Shown here piece by piece: positions 1 through 10,394 of a DNA stretch of 64,000 bases. Location: contig CANKWU010000001.1 in the NCBI GenBank assembly GCA_947487385.1, positions 203,421 through 267,420 of the forward strand, in the 5' to 3' direction. The position numbers were made by a program, and so were the translations under genes. The notes under the pieces were generated by a model. That model saw only the letters and a program-made list of their open reading frames with translations, was not told where the DNA came from and made no database searches. This stretch comes from Spartobacteria bacterium (GTDB lineage Bacteria; Verrucomicrobiota; Verrucomicrobiia; Chthoniobacterales; UBA6821). The number at the start of each line of letters is the position of its first letter. Positions within the stretch are counted from its first letter, which is position 1.

Positions 1-1
1 A

Positions 2-445
2 TCCACCAACTCCGCCGATCTCACCCAGCGCTTCATCGAACTTGTCATGATGAATGCCCAGCAGGCCGCCCTCTGCCTCGGACAGATGGCCCATCCCTCC
101 ACAGGTAAAGCCGAAGTGAACCTCGAGGCCGCGCGGATGTTCATCGACCACCTTGAGATCATCAAGGAGAAGACCCGTGGCAATCTGAATAACGATGAGG
201 AGAAAATCCTCACGAGCGTGCTCTCCGAGCTTCAGTTGGCCTTCGTGCAGGTTGCCTCTGGTGAAGGTGTTGGAGCCAGTTCTTCCCATGAGCATGTTCA
301 TGATGAGAACTGCAACCACGGCGACCATAGCCATGCTGCATCATCAGTCGAAAAGACTTCCCAACCTGAGTCTCCCAAGCAGGAACAGGCGTCCGCCGAG
401 GATTCCGAGGGAAAGAAGAAGTTCACCAAGAGCTACGGAGCGTGA
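2..445 (+). CDS. DUF1844 family protein, 5'-partial, with His-rich and acidic C-terminal tail
   Basis: Frame is open from position 2 (STNSADLTQRFIELVMMNAQ...). Core AALCLGQMAHP...NLEAARMFIDHLEIIKEKTRGNLNNDEEKIL...LQLAFV matches DUF1844. Confidence 0.8.
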   Translation, partial: STNSADLTQRFIELVMMNAQQAALCLGQMAHPSTGKAEVNLEAARMFIDHLEIIKEKTRGNLNNDEEKILTSVLSELQLAFVQVASGEGVGASSSHEHVHDENCNHGDHSHAASSVEKTSQPESPKQEQASAEDSEGKKKFTKSYGA

Positions 446-521
446 GTTAGCTCTTTGATCGCTTCCCGAAACCTTCTTTTTTCTTCTCTTTTACAACTCA
501 TGGCAGCCTGAGTCCGATTCC

Positions 522-1094
522 ATGAAACAGGCGCTCCACATTGTCATTGCGTTACTCTTGGGCACCCTACCGATTGTATCTCTTAGAGCTCTTGAGATCC
601 AGGGGGTGAGTGTTCCTTCCACGAGTCAGGTTGAGGGAACAACCCTTCAACTCAACGGGGCGGGTCTCCGGACCTTCACCATGCTCATGATTCCGATCAA
701 GATCTATGTCGCCTCGCTCTACACGCCTGCTCCGATCCGTTCCACGGCCGCGATGATGGAGTCTCAGGGGCCGATGCAGTTTAACTTCACCTTCCTTAGA
801 GCGGTTTCGCAGTCCGATGTGGCGAAGGCCTGGGGCTCCCAGTTTGCCCAGAGCGTCAGCTATACCTACCCCGGCTATGAACGCGATCGGGATGCCTTCA
901 TCGCCATTTTCGGCCCGTTGCAAAACAAAGGTGTCGAGCAGGTCGAGTTCATTGGGACGAATACCGTGGTCCTCGACCAGGGAGTCCAGAAGGGGATCAT
1001 CCCCGGTCGCGATTTTCAGAAAGCCTTTCTTAGCCTCTGGTTTGGTTCCAATCCCGTGGCCGCCGATTTGAAAGCTGCCCTTTTAGGGAACTGA
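522..1094 (+). CDS. Chalcone isomerase-like (CHI-fold) exported protein
   Basis: N-terminal signal peptide; LQLNGAGLR...IKIYVASLY, GRDFQKAFLSLWFGSNPV..DLKAALLG are typical of the bacterial chalcone-isomerase-like family. Confidence 0.8.
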   Translation: MKQALHIVIALLLGTLPIVSLRALEIQGVSVPSTSQVEGTTLQLNGAGLRTFTMLMIPIKIYVASLYTPAPIRSTAAMMESQGPMQFNFTFLRAVSQSDVAKAWGSQFAQSVSYTYPGYERDRDAFIAIFGPLQNKGVEQVEFIGTNTVVLDQGVQKGIIPGRDFQKAFLSLWFGSNPVAADLKAALLGN

Positions 1095-1217
1095 TCTTGT
1101 TCATTATGTACCTTCTTGTGCATGAATCTTTTGGCTAAAATCTTCTCTCTCCATGCTTCCTTGTCGTACCGATTCGATTCTGGCGAACCGACCGAGGCTG
1201 TTATAGAATAAAGCTAG

Positions 1218-2354
1218 ATGAACAAGTGCCTGCTCGACCCTGCTCTCTTGCCGATCCTTCAGAAGGTCGAGGCTGGGCAGCGGCTTTCTGGCGAGGAAGG
1301 AGTGGCTCTCTATGCTTCCCGGGATCTTAATGGGCTTGGCTATCTGGCCAACATCGTGCGTGAGAGGAAGAACGGGAATGTGGCGACCTATGTCTTCAAC
1401 CGCTATGTCAACTATTCCAATGTCTGCATCCTGAGCTGTCAGTTTTGCGCCTTCAGCGCCAAGAAGCGGGATGACCATGCCTTCGAGATGGCGATCTCCG
1501 AGGTGGCCGCCAGGACGAAGGAAGCTTGGGAGAACGGAGCCACTGAGATCCATATGGTGGGGGGGCTTCACCCGACACTGCCGGCCTCCTGGTACCTTGA
1601 ACTCCTGGGAGCAATGAAAGAAGCCGCCCCCGGCATTCACCTAAAGGCCTTCACTGCAATCGAGATCCGCCATCTCTCCGACCGCATATTCAAGAAGCCA
1701 CTTCAGGAGACTTTGGAGATCCTTCGTGATGCTGGTCTTAATGCTCTCACCGGTGGTGGGGCAGAGATCTTCGACCAGCAGGTCAGGGATACTATTTGCC
1801 GAGGTAAGGAAACGGGTGAGGAGTGGCTTGAAGTTCACCGCACTTGGCATAAGATGGGTCAGCGAAGCACCGCTACTATGTTGTACGGCCATGTCGAGAC
1901 GGCTGATCATCGGATTGATCATCTTCTCAAGTTGCGCGGACTTCAGGATGAGACGCAGGGTTTCACGGCCTTCATTCCGTTTGCCTTTGTGCCAGAGACC
2001 ACGGAGTTGGCCCATATCCGCCCTGCCTGTTCAATGGATGAACTCAAGAATCTGGCCATCTCGCGCCTCATGCTCGATAACTTTGATCATATCACAGGCT
2101 ACTGGATTAGCCTCGGGCTTCCGCTCGCTTCCATTGCTCTGAATTATGGGGTGGATGATCTGCACGGCACCATTCAGGAGGAGAAGATCTTTCACATGGC
2201 CGGCGCCAAGACCCCGCAGCAGCAGACCATCGCTGCCATGGAGAAGGCAATCCGAGAGGCTGGGAGAGAACCGATGCAGCGTGATACCTTTTATCGCAGG
2301 ATCGAATCGACTTCCTCCAGGAAGGGGGCTGTTTCTGAAGCTCTCCCCGCGTGA
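1218..2354 (+). CDS. mqnE: Aminofutalosine synthase (radical SAM, CofH/MqnE family)
   Basis: CxxxCxxC motif (CILSCQFC), EIHMVGGLHP, HLKAFTAIEI, ARLMLDNFDHI-like C-terminus; overlaps mqnA by 4 nt. Confidence 0.88.
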   Translation: MNKCLLDPALLPILQKVEAGQRLSGEEGVALYASRDLNGLGYLANIVRERKNGNVATYVFNRYVNYSNVCILSCQFCAFSAKKRDDHAFEMAISEVAARTKEAWENGATEIHMVGGLHPTLPASWYLELLGAMKEAAPGIHLKAFTAIEIRHLSDRIFKKPLQETLEILRDAGLNALTGGGAEIFDQQVRDTICRGKETGEEWLEVHRTWHKMGQRSTATMLYGHVETADHRIDHLLKLRGLQDETQGFTAFIPFAFVPETTELAHIRPACSMDELKNLAISRLMLDNFDHITGYWISLGLPLASIALNYGVDDLHGTIQEEKIFHMAGAKTPQQQTIAAMEKAIREAGREPMQRDTFYRRIESTSSRKGAVSEALPA

Positions 2355-3124
2355 ACGATTCTGTTCCGAGGATTGGCTGCGTTCCTTACTTGAATGCCCG
2401 TCCCTTGGTGGAGGGAATTACTTATCCGATCAGAAAGCTTGTTCCTGCAAAGTTAGGTGAGGCCTTTCAGTTGGGTGAGTTAGATATCGCACTGCTTTCC
2501 TCTATTGATGTTATTACCAGTCCTTGTCCTTGTGCGGTGGATGGGGTTTCCATCTCCTCCCATGGGGATGTCTACAGTGTTGTCTTGGCCTACCAGGGGG
2601 AACTTAAGGCGATAGAAAGGGTGGTGCTTGACCCTGCCTCCCACACATCCAATGCCCTGCTTCGGATCGTTCTGGAGGAGTTTCATGGGATCTTACCTGA
2701 ATATGTCCATTCTATAGATAGTGAGTCAAAAAAAACAGCCCGTCTGATGATAGGCGATCCCGCCATTCTCTATAGGAAAGAGGCTTCTGGTATGTCTGAT
2801 TCAGAAATTCGATTCATCGATCTTGGGGGTGAGTGGTTCCGTAATACAGGGCTTTCATTTGTCTTTGCCATGTGGTCACTTAAGTATGATTATACGAATA
2901 AAATGGAGTTATCAGAGATCCTTCGGAGTGCTAAGGAGCTGGGAGTCTCCTCTCGAATCGACATCGCCACATGTGAGCCTGATCCGGATTTCGCCTTGAA
3001 GTATCTGACCGAGTCAATCCGCTATGATCTGGGAGATGAAGAGAAGGCCGGACTTGCACTTTTCAGGGAGTTCTTGGAGAAAAAAGAAATCACTAAATTT
3101 CATAAGGAAATAATCTATTACTAA
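2351..3124 (+). CDS. mqnA: Chorismate dehydratase (futalosine pathway)
   Basis: RIGCVPYLNARPL, DPASHTSNALLRI, LMIGDPAI, DLGGEW...FVFAMW; GTG start coupled to mqnE. Confidence 0.88.
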   Translation: MNDSVPRIGCVPYLNARPLVEGITYPIRKLVPAKLGEAFQLGELDIALLSSIDVITSPCPCAVDGVSISSHGDVYSVVLAYQGELKAIERVVLDPASHTSNALLRIVLEEFHGILPEYVHSIDSESKKTARLMIGDPAILYRKEASGMSDSEIRFIDLGGEWFRNTGLSFVFAMWSLKYDYTNKMELSEILRSAKELGVSSRIDIATCEPDPDFALKYLTESIRYDLGDEEKAGLALFREFLEKKEITKFHKEIIYY

Positions 3125-3142
3125 ATAATAATAGAATTTAAA

Positions 3143-3505
3143 ATGAAACTTTTTCTTCCACGCTTACTTCTGATCTTTCTAATCTCTTTAGCTTGTGAAC
3201 TGCCAGCTCAGACGCAATCCCCAGTGCAGACTCTCGCTGCCATGGATAAGTGCCGTGATCAGGTGATCAGCCAGCTTTCCTTTAGCGATAAAATGAAGAT
3301 GAGATCGGCGGTGGGCGCCATCCAGAGTAATCCTCAATTCATCACAGCCAATAACGCCGTGACCAATGCGCCGACTCCAGAAGCTCAGATTCAGGCAAGG
3401 AAAGCTCTTTCAACGTTGAAACTTAATCTCATTGAGAAACAAGACCCCTCGATAAAACCGGTCATCGAGAAGATCCGGGCGACTCAGGCCTCAGTTCTGA
3501 ATTGA
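3143..3505 (+). CDS. Small exported helical hypothetical protein
   Basis: 120-aa ORF with a signal peptide (MKLFLPRLLLIFLISLACELPA); co-oriented with mqnA. Confidence 0.7.
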   Translation: MKLFLPRLLLIFLISLACELPAQTQSPVQTLAAMDKCRDQVISQLSFSDKMKMRSAVGAIQSNPQFITANNAVTNAPTPEAQIQARKALSTLKLNLIEKQDPSIKPVIEKIRATQASVLN

Positions 3506-3541
3506 TTTCAAGGCCCCTGTGCCGCATCTGTTCCTGTCTAG

Positions 3542-3864
3542 CACGAAGGAAAAATCTCCAGCATGCGCTCGGTGCAGTTGTCGGATGCTTTCAAAGCGGA
3601 AATGCTGAATGCATAAAATCAACACCCGGCGATCATCGAACGGTTTTTGTTAATTCTGCTGATAACGGGAGCGTTTTTTAGCGTCTATGCGATGGCAGAA
3701 AAAAGGGGGATGATTGGTACTCTGTGGCGATCTTCCTAGTTTTGATCGGTTTTACATTGGTGGTCATCTTCTCCTTAGAGATCCCTTACCAGTTAATGAG
3801 TCAAGCGGTCATAAAGAATGAGCTTTCAAAGGTGACAAAGTTAATGGGATCCGCCTCCCTATGA
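3542..3864 (+). pseudogene. Disrupted membrane-protein remnant (DUF4239/bestrophin-like C-terminal half, tentative)
   Basis: Manual translation: ...SDAFKAEMLNA*(TAA 3614-3616)NQHPAIIERFLLILLITGAFFSVYAMAEK, then a frameshift at the A6G5 run (3699-3709), then DDWYSVAIFLVLIGFTLVVIFSLEIPYQ...SL* (TGA 3862-3864). Two hydrophobic helices are split across frames. Confidence 0.5.
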
Positions 3865-3900
3865 GGAACTCCTAACACAAGAACCCACTAGTCAATACAG

Positions 3901-5163
3901 ATGGTCTCTGGTACTTCCTTCTGCGTGAAAATTTCTCTTACCCCCATTGCCTCCTTGTCAGCACTGGTTCTGGCGATTGCCTTTCTCTCTTCCTGCAAAA
4001 AGGAGGCTCCTGAAGCTGGTCCGCGGCCTCCGGTTCCTGTGACGCTTGGCACGGTGATCCAGAAGGACATGCCCAATCACAAGGAATGGATCGGCAACCT
4101 TCAAGGTACGGTCACCTCAATGGTGAAGCCGAATGTCGCCGGCAACATCATCCAGCGTTACTACACCGAGGGAACCACCGTGAAGCAGGGCGAGCCTCTC
4201 TTCCAGATCGATCCGGCACCTTTTCAGGCGGATCTCGATCGGGCCAAGGCCGATCTTGCCACCGCGATCGCGCAGGAGACGAAGGTACAGCAGGACTTTG
4301 TCCGTGCCCAAAACCTCCTCGCCGGAAAGGTGATCAGCGTTCAGGAATTCCAGAACCAGCAGCAGAATTACCAGGCGATGGTCGCCCAGGTCGCCTCGAA
4401 GCAGGCCGCCGTCCAGTCATCGCAGGTCAATCTCGACTTCACCAAGGTGGTTGCCCCAATTGACGGTATGGCGGGACTTGCCAACTACGAGGTCGGAACC
4501 TATGTCAGTTCCTCCTCCCAGCAGCCTTTGACCACGATTGTCGCCATTGATCCGATCAAGGTGGTCTTCCAGGTGGGACAGGACGACTACCTAAGTATGA
4601 TTTCCGAAAGCCTCAAGGATCCTTCCAATGCTGCCCACCAGAGGAAGGAGAACCAAAATGCCGGAATGAGGATGATCCTCTCCGACGGTACCATCTATCC
4701 GCACAATGGCACCTTCCGCGCAGTCAACAACCAGGTCAGCACCCAGACAGGATCGATCACCGTGGAGGGTAATTTTCCGAATCCCGGAACACTGCTCAAG
4801 CCGGGCCTCTTCGCGCGCGTTCAAGCCACTCTTGGTTTTCAGAACAATGCGCTTGTCGTTCCGATTGCTTCGTTGATCACGGTCCAGAACCTTCATCAAC
4901 TCGCCGTGGTCGGCCCTGATAACAAGGTCTCCATCCGCAACGTGAACCTTGGTTTCACGACCCGTGAGGAGGCGGTCATCCTTTCCGGGATCAGCGCCGG
5001 GGAAAAGATCGTCGTCCAGGGAACCCAGAAGGTGACCGACGGATGCACCGTGGCGCCTCTTCCTACGGCCTCCCCGACTCCGGCATCTGCCACCGGCCCT
5101 GCCGAGAACGGGACGACCAAGAAGATTCCTGCTGCTAATCCCGCCCCGGCCGCGAAGTCCTGA
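3901..5163 (+). CDS. RND efflux periplasmic adaptor (membrane fusion protein), lipoprotein
   Basis: Lipobox-like FLSSC; VKQGEPLFQIDP, LDFTKVVAPIDG, TGSITVEGNFPNPGTLLKPG; directly upstream of the RND permease. Confidence 0.92.
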   Translation: MVSGTSFCVKISLTPIASLSALVLAIAFLSSCKKEAPEAGPRPPVPVTLGTVIQKDMPNHKEWIGNLQGTVTSMVKPNVAGNIIQRYYTEGTTVKQGEPLFQIDPAPFQADLDRAKADLATAIAQETKVQQDFVRAQNLLAGKVISVQEFQNQQQNYQAMVAQVASKQAAVQSSQVNLDFTKVVAPIDGMAGLANYEVGTYVSSSSQQPLTTIVAIDPIKVVFQVGQDDYLSMISESLKDPSNAAHQRKENQNAGMRMILSDGTIYPHNGTFRAVNNQVSTQTGSITVEGNFPNPGTLLKPGLFARVQATLGFQNNALVVPIASLITVQNLHQLAVVGPDNKVSIRNVNLGFTTREEAVILSGISAGEKIVVQGTQKVTDGCTVAPLPTASPTPASATGPAENGTTKKIPAANPAPAAKS

Positions 5164-5195
5164 TTACCGCCTTCCGCTCACACTAGGATCGCTTC

Positions 5196-8100
5196 ATGTC
5201 TAAGTTTTTCATCAATAGGCCTATCGTGGCCATGGTCATCGCTATCATTACGGTGATTCTCGGCGTGGTCTGCCTTGTTGGGTTGCCCGTCTCCCAGTTC
5301 CCGAACATCGTCCCGCCGCAGATCCAGGTGGCCGCCACCTATCCCGGCGCCGATGCCACCACCGTGAAGCAGGCCGTTGCCACGCCGATCGAGCAGCAGG
5401 TCAACGGCGTCGACAACATGCAGTACATGTACTCCCTGAACTCCAGTTCCGGGCAGTCCCAGCTCAACGTCATCTTCGCCAACAACACGGTGCCGACCAC
5501 CGACCAGATCCTCACCCAGATCCGGCAGGCCCAGGCCCAGTCCCAGCTTCCCCAGCAGGTAGTCAAGCAGGGAGTCAACGTCATCAAGACCGCTCCCTCG
5601 CCTCTCATCTGCTTTGCCCTCTATACCGACGACGATCGCTATGACGCCGTCTTCCTAGCCAACTACGCCTACGTCAACATCGTCAATCCTCTGACCCGTC
5701 TTACCGGCATTGCCAGTGTTACCGTCTTCGGTGCCGGCCAGTACGCCATGAGGATGTGGCTCGATCCGGCAAAGCTCGCCAACTTCAACATCACCACACA
5801 GGAGGTCTACGACGCGGTCAACCAGCAGAATAACGTTAACCCCGCGGGACAGACCGGTGCCGAGCCGGTGCCACCCGGCCAGCAGATGACCTTCACTGTG
5901 CGTGCGCCGGGACGCCTTGTGACCGAGGATGAGTTCGCCAACATTGTGATCCGTGCAAACCAAGACGGCTCCGTGGTCAAGGTGAAGGATGTCGCCCGCG
6001 TTGAGCTGGGTGCCCAGACTTACAACCTCGCCGGCCGCTTCAACGGACACCCCGCCGCCATCGTCGCCGTCTACCAGCTGCCGGGCAGCAACGCCCTTAC
6101 CGTCGCCGAGGACGCCCGCAAGCTCATGACCTCCTTCGTGCCGAAGTTTCCGGCCGGCCTGAAGTTGCGCACAGCTCTCGACACCACACTGGCCGTCACC
6201 GCCAGCATGCACGACATCGTCAAGACCCTCGTCGAGGCGATGATCCTGGTTCTTATCGTCGTCTTCCTCTTCCTGCAGAACTGGCGTGCCACCCTCATCC
6301 CGGCATTGGCTGTTCCCGTTTCATTGGTCGGCACCTTCGCGTTCTTCCCTCTCTTCGGATTCTCGCTCAATACCCTTTCGCTCTTCGGCCTCGTGCTGGC
6401 GATCGGTCTCGTTGTCGATGACGCCATCGTCGTGGTCGAGGCGATCGAGCATCACATCGAGGAGGGCCTCTCCCCAAAGGATGCGGCCGTCAAGGCCATG
6501 GAGCAGGTGACCGGACCGCTTGTCGCAACGGCCCTGATTCTCTCATCCGTTTTCGTCCCCACAGTCTTCCTTCCCGGCATTACCGGAGGACTCTACCAGC
6601 AGTTTGCGCTTACGATCTCGATTTCGGTCATCATCTCTACCTTCAACGCGATGAGCCTCAGTCCCGCCTTGGGAGTCCTGTTTTTACGTCCACGCAAGGA
6701 GGTTGGGGGACCGCTCGGTGCCTTCTATCGCGGGTTTAACCGCGTGTTCGATGCAGGTCGGGGTGGGTACCTGGGCGTCTGCTCCTTCCTCCTTCGCAAA
6801 AGCTTCATCGCTGCCTTCGTGCTGCTCGGCATGGTGGCGCTCTCCGGCTTCTTCGGTTCCAAATTGCCCGGCTCCTTTGTTCCCGAGGAGGACAACGGAT
6901 ATCTTTACGCTTTCTCCCAGCTTCCCAACGCCTCCTCCCAGCAGAGGACCGACGCAGTCTCCAAACAGGTTTCCGACATCGTCAGCAAGATTCCCGGGGT
7001 CGAACACGTGACGACCATCGTGGGGTTCAACCTGCTGAGCGGCGTCCAGACCACCTACAGCGCCTTCTATTTCATCACGCTCAAGCCCTGGGAGGAGAGA
7101 ACGGCTCCAGGTGAGGATGCCTTCAGCCTCCTCCAAACGATCAACAAGGCAATCGCCTCCGTCCCGGGAGCCATCAACTTTGCCTTTCCCCCTCCCGCCA
7201 TCCCCGGCATCGGCACATCGGGTGGCACCACCTTCATCCTTGAGGATAGGCTCGGCGTTGATCCCACTTTCTTGGAGAAAAACACCGCCATCTTCATGGA
7301 TGCGATCAAGAAGCGTCCCGAGGTCGGTTCGGTCACCACGACCTACCTCCCGTCGGTTCCCCAGATCTCCATGAAGATCGATCCCGTCATGTGCCTCATG
7401 CTCGGTGTTGATCTCAACGAGGCCTACCGCACTCTCCAGTGCTTCCTTGGAGGCATCCCGGTGAACTACTTCAACCGGTTCAACCTCCAGTACTACGCCT
7501 ACCTTCAGGCAGAGGGAGCCAGTCGTACCGATCCTAAGAACGCCTCCCTCTTCTACGTCCGAAACAGCAAGGGAGATGCAGTGCCCCTTTCGAGCCTCTT
7601 GATTGTGAAACCAATGCAGGGACCCGAGTTCGTCATGCGCTTCAATATGTTCGACTGCGCCCAGATCAACATCAACGGCTTGCCAGGCGTCAGCACAGGC
7701 CAGGTGATGAAGGCACTCGAGGAGACCTTTGCTGCCACCATGCCTCCCGGCATGGGGTACGACTATTTCGGCATGTCCTTCCAGGAGAAGCTGGCAGCGG
7801 AGGGGATTCCCCCCAGCGCGATCTTCGCCCTCTCTCTCCTCTTTGTCTTCCTGATCTTGGCGGCCCAGTACGAGAGCTGGTCACTTCCCTTCAGCGTGCT
7901 CATGAGCACCCCTGTTGCCGTCTTCGGTGCCGTGGCGATGCTCTTTGTCCGCAAGATGGACAACGACGTCTACGCCCAGATCGGTCTCATCATGCTGATC
8001 GGTCTAGCGGCCAAGAACGCAATCCTGATTGTGGAGTTCGCCAAGGACGAGGTGGAGAAGGGGAGGCCTGTCATCGATGCTGCGCTCGCTGCGGCCAAAC

Positions 8101-8312
8101 TCCGCTTGCGACCGATCCTCATGACCGCCTTCGCCTTCATTTTGGGCTGCGTGCCGCTTGCAATTGCGACCGGATCGGGAGCCGTCTCCCGCAGGATCCT
8201 TGGTTCGACAGTAGTAGGAGGAATGCTGGCCTCTACACTCATAGCGATCTTTGTCATCCCTGTCTGTTTTTCATGGTTTGAGAAGAAGAAGGTTGAAGAA
8301 TTGAAGGATTGA
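5196..8312 (+). CDS. RND efflux permease, HAE1 (AcrB/MexB-like)
   Basis: [17 protein letters not shown] start; proton-relay motifs [26 protein letters not shown]; 1038 aa. Confidence 0.96.
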   Translation: MSKFFINRPIVAMVIAIITVILGVVCLVGLPVSQFPNIVPPQIQVAATYPGADATTVKQAVATPIEQQVNGVDNMQYMYSLNSSSGQSQLNVIFANNTVPTTDQILTQIRQAQAQSQLPQQVVKQGVNVIKTAPSPLICFALYTDDDRYDAVFLANYAYVNIVNPLTRLTGIASVTVFGAGQYAMRMWLDPAKLANFNITTQEVYDAVNQQNNVNPAGQTGAEPVPPGQQMTFTVRAPGRLVTEDEFANIVIRANQDGSVVKVKDVARVELGAQTYNLAGRFNGHPAAIVAVYQLPGSNALTVAEDARKLMTSFVPKFPAGLKLRTALDTTLAVTASMHDIVKTLVEAMILVLIVVFLFLQNWRATLIPALAVPVSLVGTFAFFPLFGFSLNTLSLFGLVLAIGLVVDDAIVVVEAIEHHIEEGLSPKDAAVKAMEQVTGPLVATALILSSVFVPTVFLPGITGGLYQQFALTISISVIISTFNAMSLSPALGVLFLRPRKEVGGPLGAFYRGFNRVFDAGRGGYLGVCSFLLRKSFIAAFVLLGMVALSGFFGSKLPGSFVPEEDNGYLYAFSQLPNASSQQRTDAVSKQVSDIVSKIPGVEHVTTIVGFNLLSGVQTTYSAFYFITLKPWEERTAPGEDAFSLLQTINKAIASVPGAINFAFPPPAIPGIGTSGGTTFILEDRLGVDPTFLEKNTAIFMDAIKKRPEVGSVTTTYLPSVPQISMKIDPVMCLMLGVDLNEAYRTLQCFLGGIPVNYFNRFNLQYYAYLQAEGASRTDPKNASLFYVRNSKGDAVPLSSLLIVKPMQGPEFVMRFNMFDCAQININGLPGVSTGQVMKALEETFAATMPPGMGYDYFGMSFQEKLAAEGIPPSAIFALSLLFVFLILAAQYESWSLPFSVLMSTPVAVFGAVAMLFVRKMDNDVYAQIGLIMLIGLAAKNAILIVEFAKDEVEKGRPVIDAALAAAKLRLRPILMTAFAFILGCVPLAIATGSGAVSRRILGSTVVGGMLASTLIAIFVIPVCFSWFEKKKVEELKD

Positions 8313-8390
8313 AGGGCTTCTCTCTTCTAAAATCTCACATCGAATTACTCCTTGCCAGCAGGTGAGGGGAGGCGCATAACAAGAGCTTCT

Positions 8391-8942
8391 ATGGACAACA
8401 CATCACCTATCCCCCAGTTTCCAATTCCTTCAATCTCCCGTGGATGGTCAATTGCCGGAGGCATCGCCATGATCCTGCTAGGTTTCTTCGCGCTGGGTGA
8501 TCAGCTCGTCTCCACGGCAGCAGTTGCCACCTTCATCGGATTTATCCTGATGTTCGGTTGCGCTTTCCACCTAATCAAAGTCTTCACGACTGGGGACTGG
8601 AAGAGTCATCTCTGGTATGCCTTGGTTTCTGTTGCCTACGCAGTCGCCGGATATGTCTTCATTGCCCATCCGTTCAAGGCTGCGATCGCTTTCACCCTCT
8701 TCCTTGGTTGGGCCATCCTGATCGGCGGTATCATGCGCATCTTCTTTGCGTTTAAGATGCGCCATCACCGTGGTGCCACCTGGATTCTCTTCAGCGCCGT
8801 GATTTCTATCATCCTTGGAGGTCTGATCATCTCCCAGTGGCCAGCCACTGGTCTCTACATGCTGGGCCTTTTCCTTGGCATCGAGCTTATCTTTGCCGGC
8901 GTGGGCTGGCTGGGACTTGGCCTTTCCTCGGCCAAGAAGTAA
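8391..8942 (+). CDS. HdeD/DUF308 family membrane protein
   Basis: Six short hydrophobic segments; GLIISQWP...LGLFLGIELIFAG motif. ATG at 8391 preferred over the TTG extension at 8352. Confidence 0.82.
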   Translation: MDNTSPIPQFPIPSISRGWSIAGGIAMILLGFFALGDQLVSTAAVATFIGFILMFGCAFHLIKVFTTGDWKSHLWYALVSVAYAVAGYVFIAHPFKAAIAFTLFLGWAILIGGIMRIFFAFKMRHHRGATWILFSAVISIILGGLIISQWPATGLYMLGLFLGIELIFAGVGWLGLGLSSAKK

Positions 8943-8966
8943 GCAGCTACTCACGATTTAAAGAAG

Positions 8967-8994
8967 AGCCGGGCCTTCATGGTCCGGCTTTTTT
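8967..8994 (+). terminator. Rho-independent terminator, probably bidirectional
   Basis: AGCCGGGCC-TTCAT-GGTCCGGCT hairpin followed by a T-run, between convergent genes; A-rich on the other side. Confidence 0.75.
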
Positions 8995-9014
8995 GTGACT
9001 TCCCGCTATGATGC

Positions 9015-10394
9015 CTACTCCTTCAGCCAGTCTGGAAGGGAAACATTGACCCTGGCGCGGAGACGACCCAGCAGGCTGTAGAGACCGAAGAAGGCACGGT
9101 TCACGTAGATTGTATCGGGCGAGCCCCGTTCTCCCTTCATGGTTTTTAGATTGTCGGCTTTCCGGTTCTCCTCTCCCAGATCATAGATCGACTGAAGGAA
9201 GATGGGATCTCCGAAGTCGAATCTCTCCGAGCGAAACGGGAGTGCCAGTAGATCGAGCCAGGTGCTGCAGAGCATCATGATCTGAGTGATCTCTTTTCCC
9301 GTGTCGCTGGCAATGATGACATCTAGATCACGAAGGGCTTCTTCAAGGAGGGCTGGATTCTGGGGCAAGTTCGGATCCAGGAAGCGGAACTGTTTTCGAT
9401 AAAACTCGTGTGTGATTTGCTTTGTGCAGCCGAAATCGAGCACGCAGAGCTTGTTATCTGAGACCAAGAAATTGCCTGGGTGCGGATCAGCATGGAAAAG
9501 GTTCAGGTCATGGACTTGATGACTGTAGAAATCCCACAGGGCCTGCCCGATAAGATCGCGCTCAGCCTGGGTGGCTTTGCCATCGGCGAAGCGGTCGAGT
9601 GGAATGCCGTCGATCCACTCCATGGTCAGGATGTGGCGTGAGGAGAGTTCCGGATGGTACGTTGGGAAGCGCAGGTTCGGAAGATGAGCCGAGGCTTTGG
9701 TAAGATGTAACGAGCGTTCCAACTCCAGTTCATAATTGGTCTCTTCCAAGAGCCGTGTCTCGACCTCCCGGAAATACTTCTCTACGTCACGCTGCCTGAG
9801 TCCCAGGATTCTGAGGGCGATCGGTTTCACAACCCGGAGATCGCTCTTCAGGCTCTCGGCAACGCCCGGATATTGGACTTTGACGGCGTAATCCACCCCA
9901 TTCCGTGAAGCTTTATGGACTTGCCCGATCGAAGCGCCGTGAGCCGCCTCACGTCCGAAACTTTGAAAAATATCCAGGGGCTCTTTGCCGAATTCTCGCC
10001 GGAATGTCCTTACTACAAGTGGGTAGGAGAGGGGGGGAACAGAATACTGCGCCTGTACGAACTGATTCGCATAAGCCGGAGGGAGGAGGTTTTTGTCGAT
10101 GCTGAGCATCTGGGCGAGCTTGAGCGGGCCACCCTTCAGCTTACTGAAGGTGTCATAGATCGTAGAGGCATTCTCCTCATCCAACTCCCGGGAATGCGTT
10201 TCTAGCGAGGAATCACTTCCTCCCGCCAGTGCCCTCTTTCCATAATACTTAAGGTAATTGATCCCGACCTTTGCACCCGTGCCTCCCAGCGCCGCCATGC
10301 GGCTGATCGGTGTGCTGCGGATCGATTCCTGCTCTGCCGTTTTTGTCGTCTTCCCAGTGACTTTGTTCTCCCGGGGTATGGCTATTTTTTTCAA
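9015..10394 (-). CDS. ABC1/AarF/UbiB-family atypical kinase
   Basis: LKGGPLKLAQMLS, ASIGQVHKA, AVKVQYPG, FHADPHPGNF, LDFGC; TTG start overlaps the upstream stop codon. Confidence 0.9.
   Translation of the reverse strand: MKKIAIPRENKVTGKTTKTAEQESIRSTPISRMAALGGTGAKVGINYLKYYGKRALAGGSDSSLETHSRELDEENASTIYDTFSKLKGGPLKLAQMLSIDKNLLPPAYANQFVQAQYSVPPLSYPLVVRTFRREFGKEPLDIFQSFGREAAHGASIGQVHKASRNGVDYAVKVQYPGVAESLKSDLRVVKPIALRILGLRQRDVEKYFREVETRLLEETNYELELERSLHLTKASAHLPNLRFPTYHPELSSRHILTMEWIDGIPLDRFADGKATQAERDLIGQALWDFYSHQVHDLNLFHADPHPGNFLVSDNKLCVLDFGCTKQITHEFYRKQFRFLDPNLPQNPALLEEALRDLDVIIASDTGKEITQIMMLCSTWLDLLALPFRSERFDFGDPIFLQSIYDLGEENRKADNLKTMKGERGSPDTIYVNRAFFGLYSLLGRLRARVNVSLPDWLKE

Noticed and set aside
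3698-3709. A-AAA-AAG as a programmed -1 ribosomal frameshift
   Set aside because: The heptamer is phased in the destination frame rather than the zero frame, and an upstream in-frame TAA already breaks the gene; simple decay or a sequencing indel is more likely.
9015-10394. Calling the ABC1 kinase ubiB (ubiquinone biosynthesis)
   Set aside because: Family membership is clear, but there is no ubi context and the window encodes the futalosine menaquinone route.
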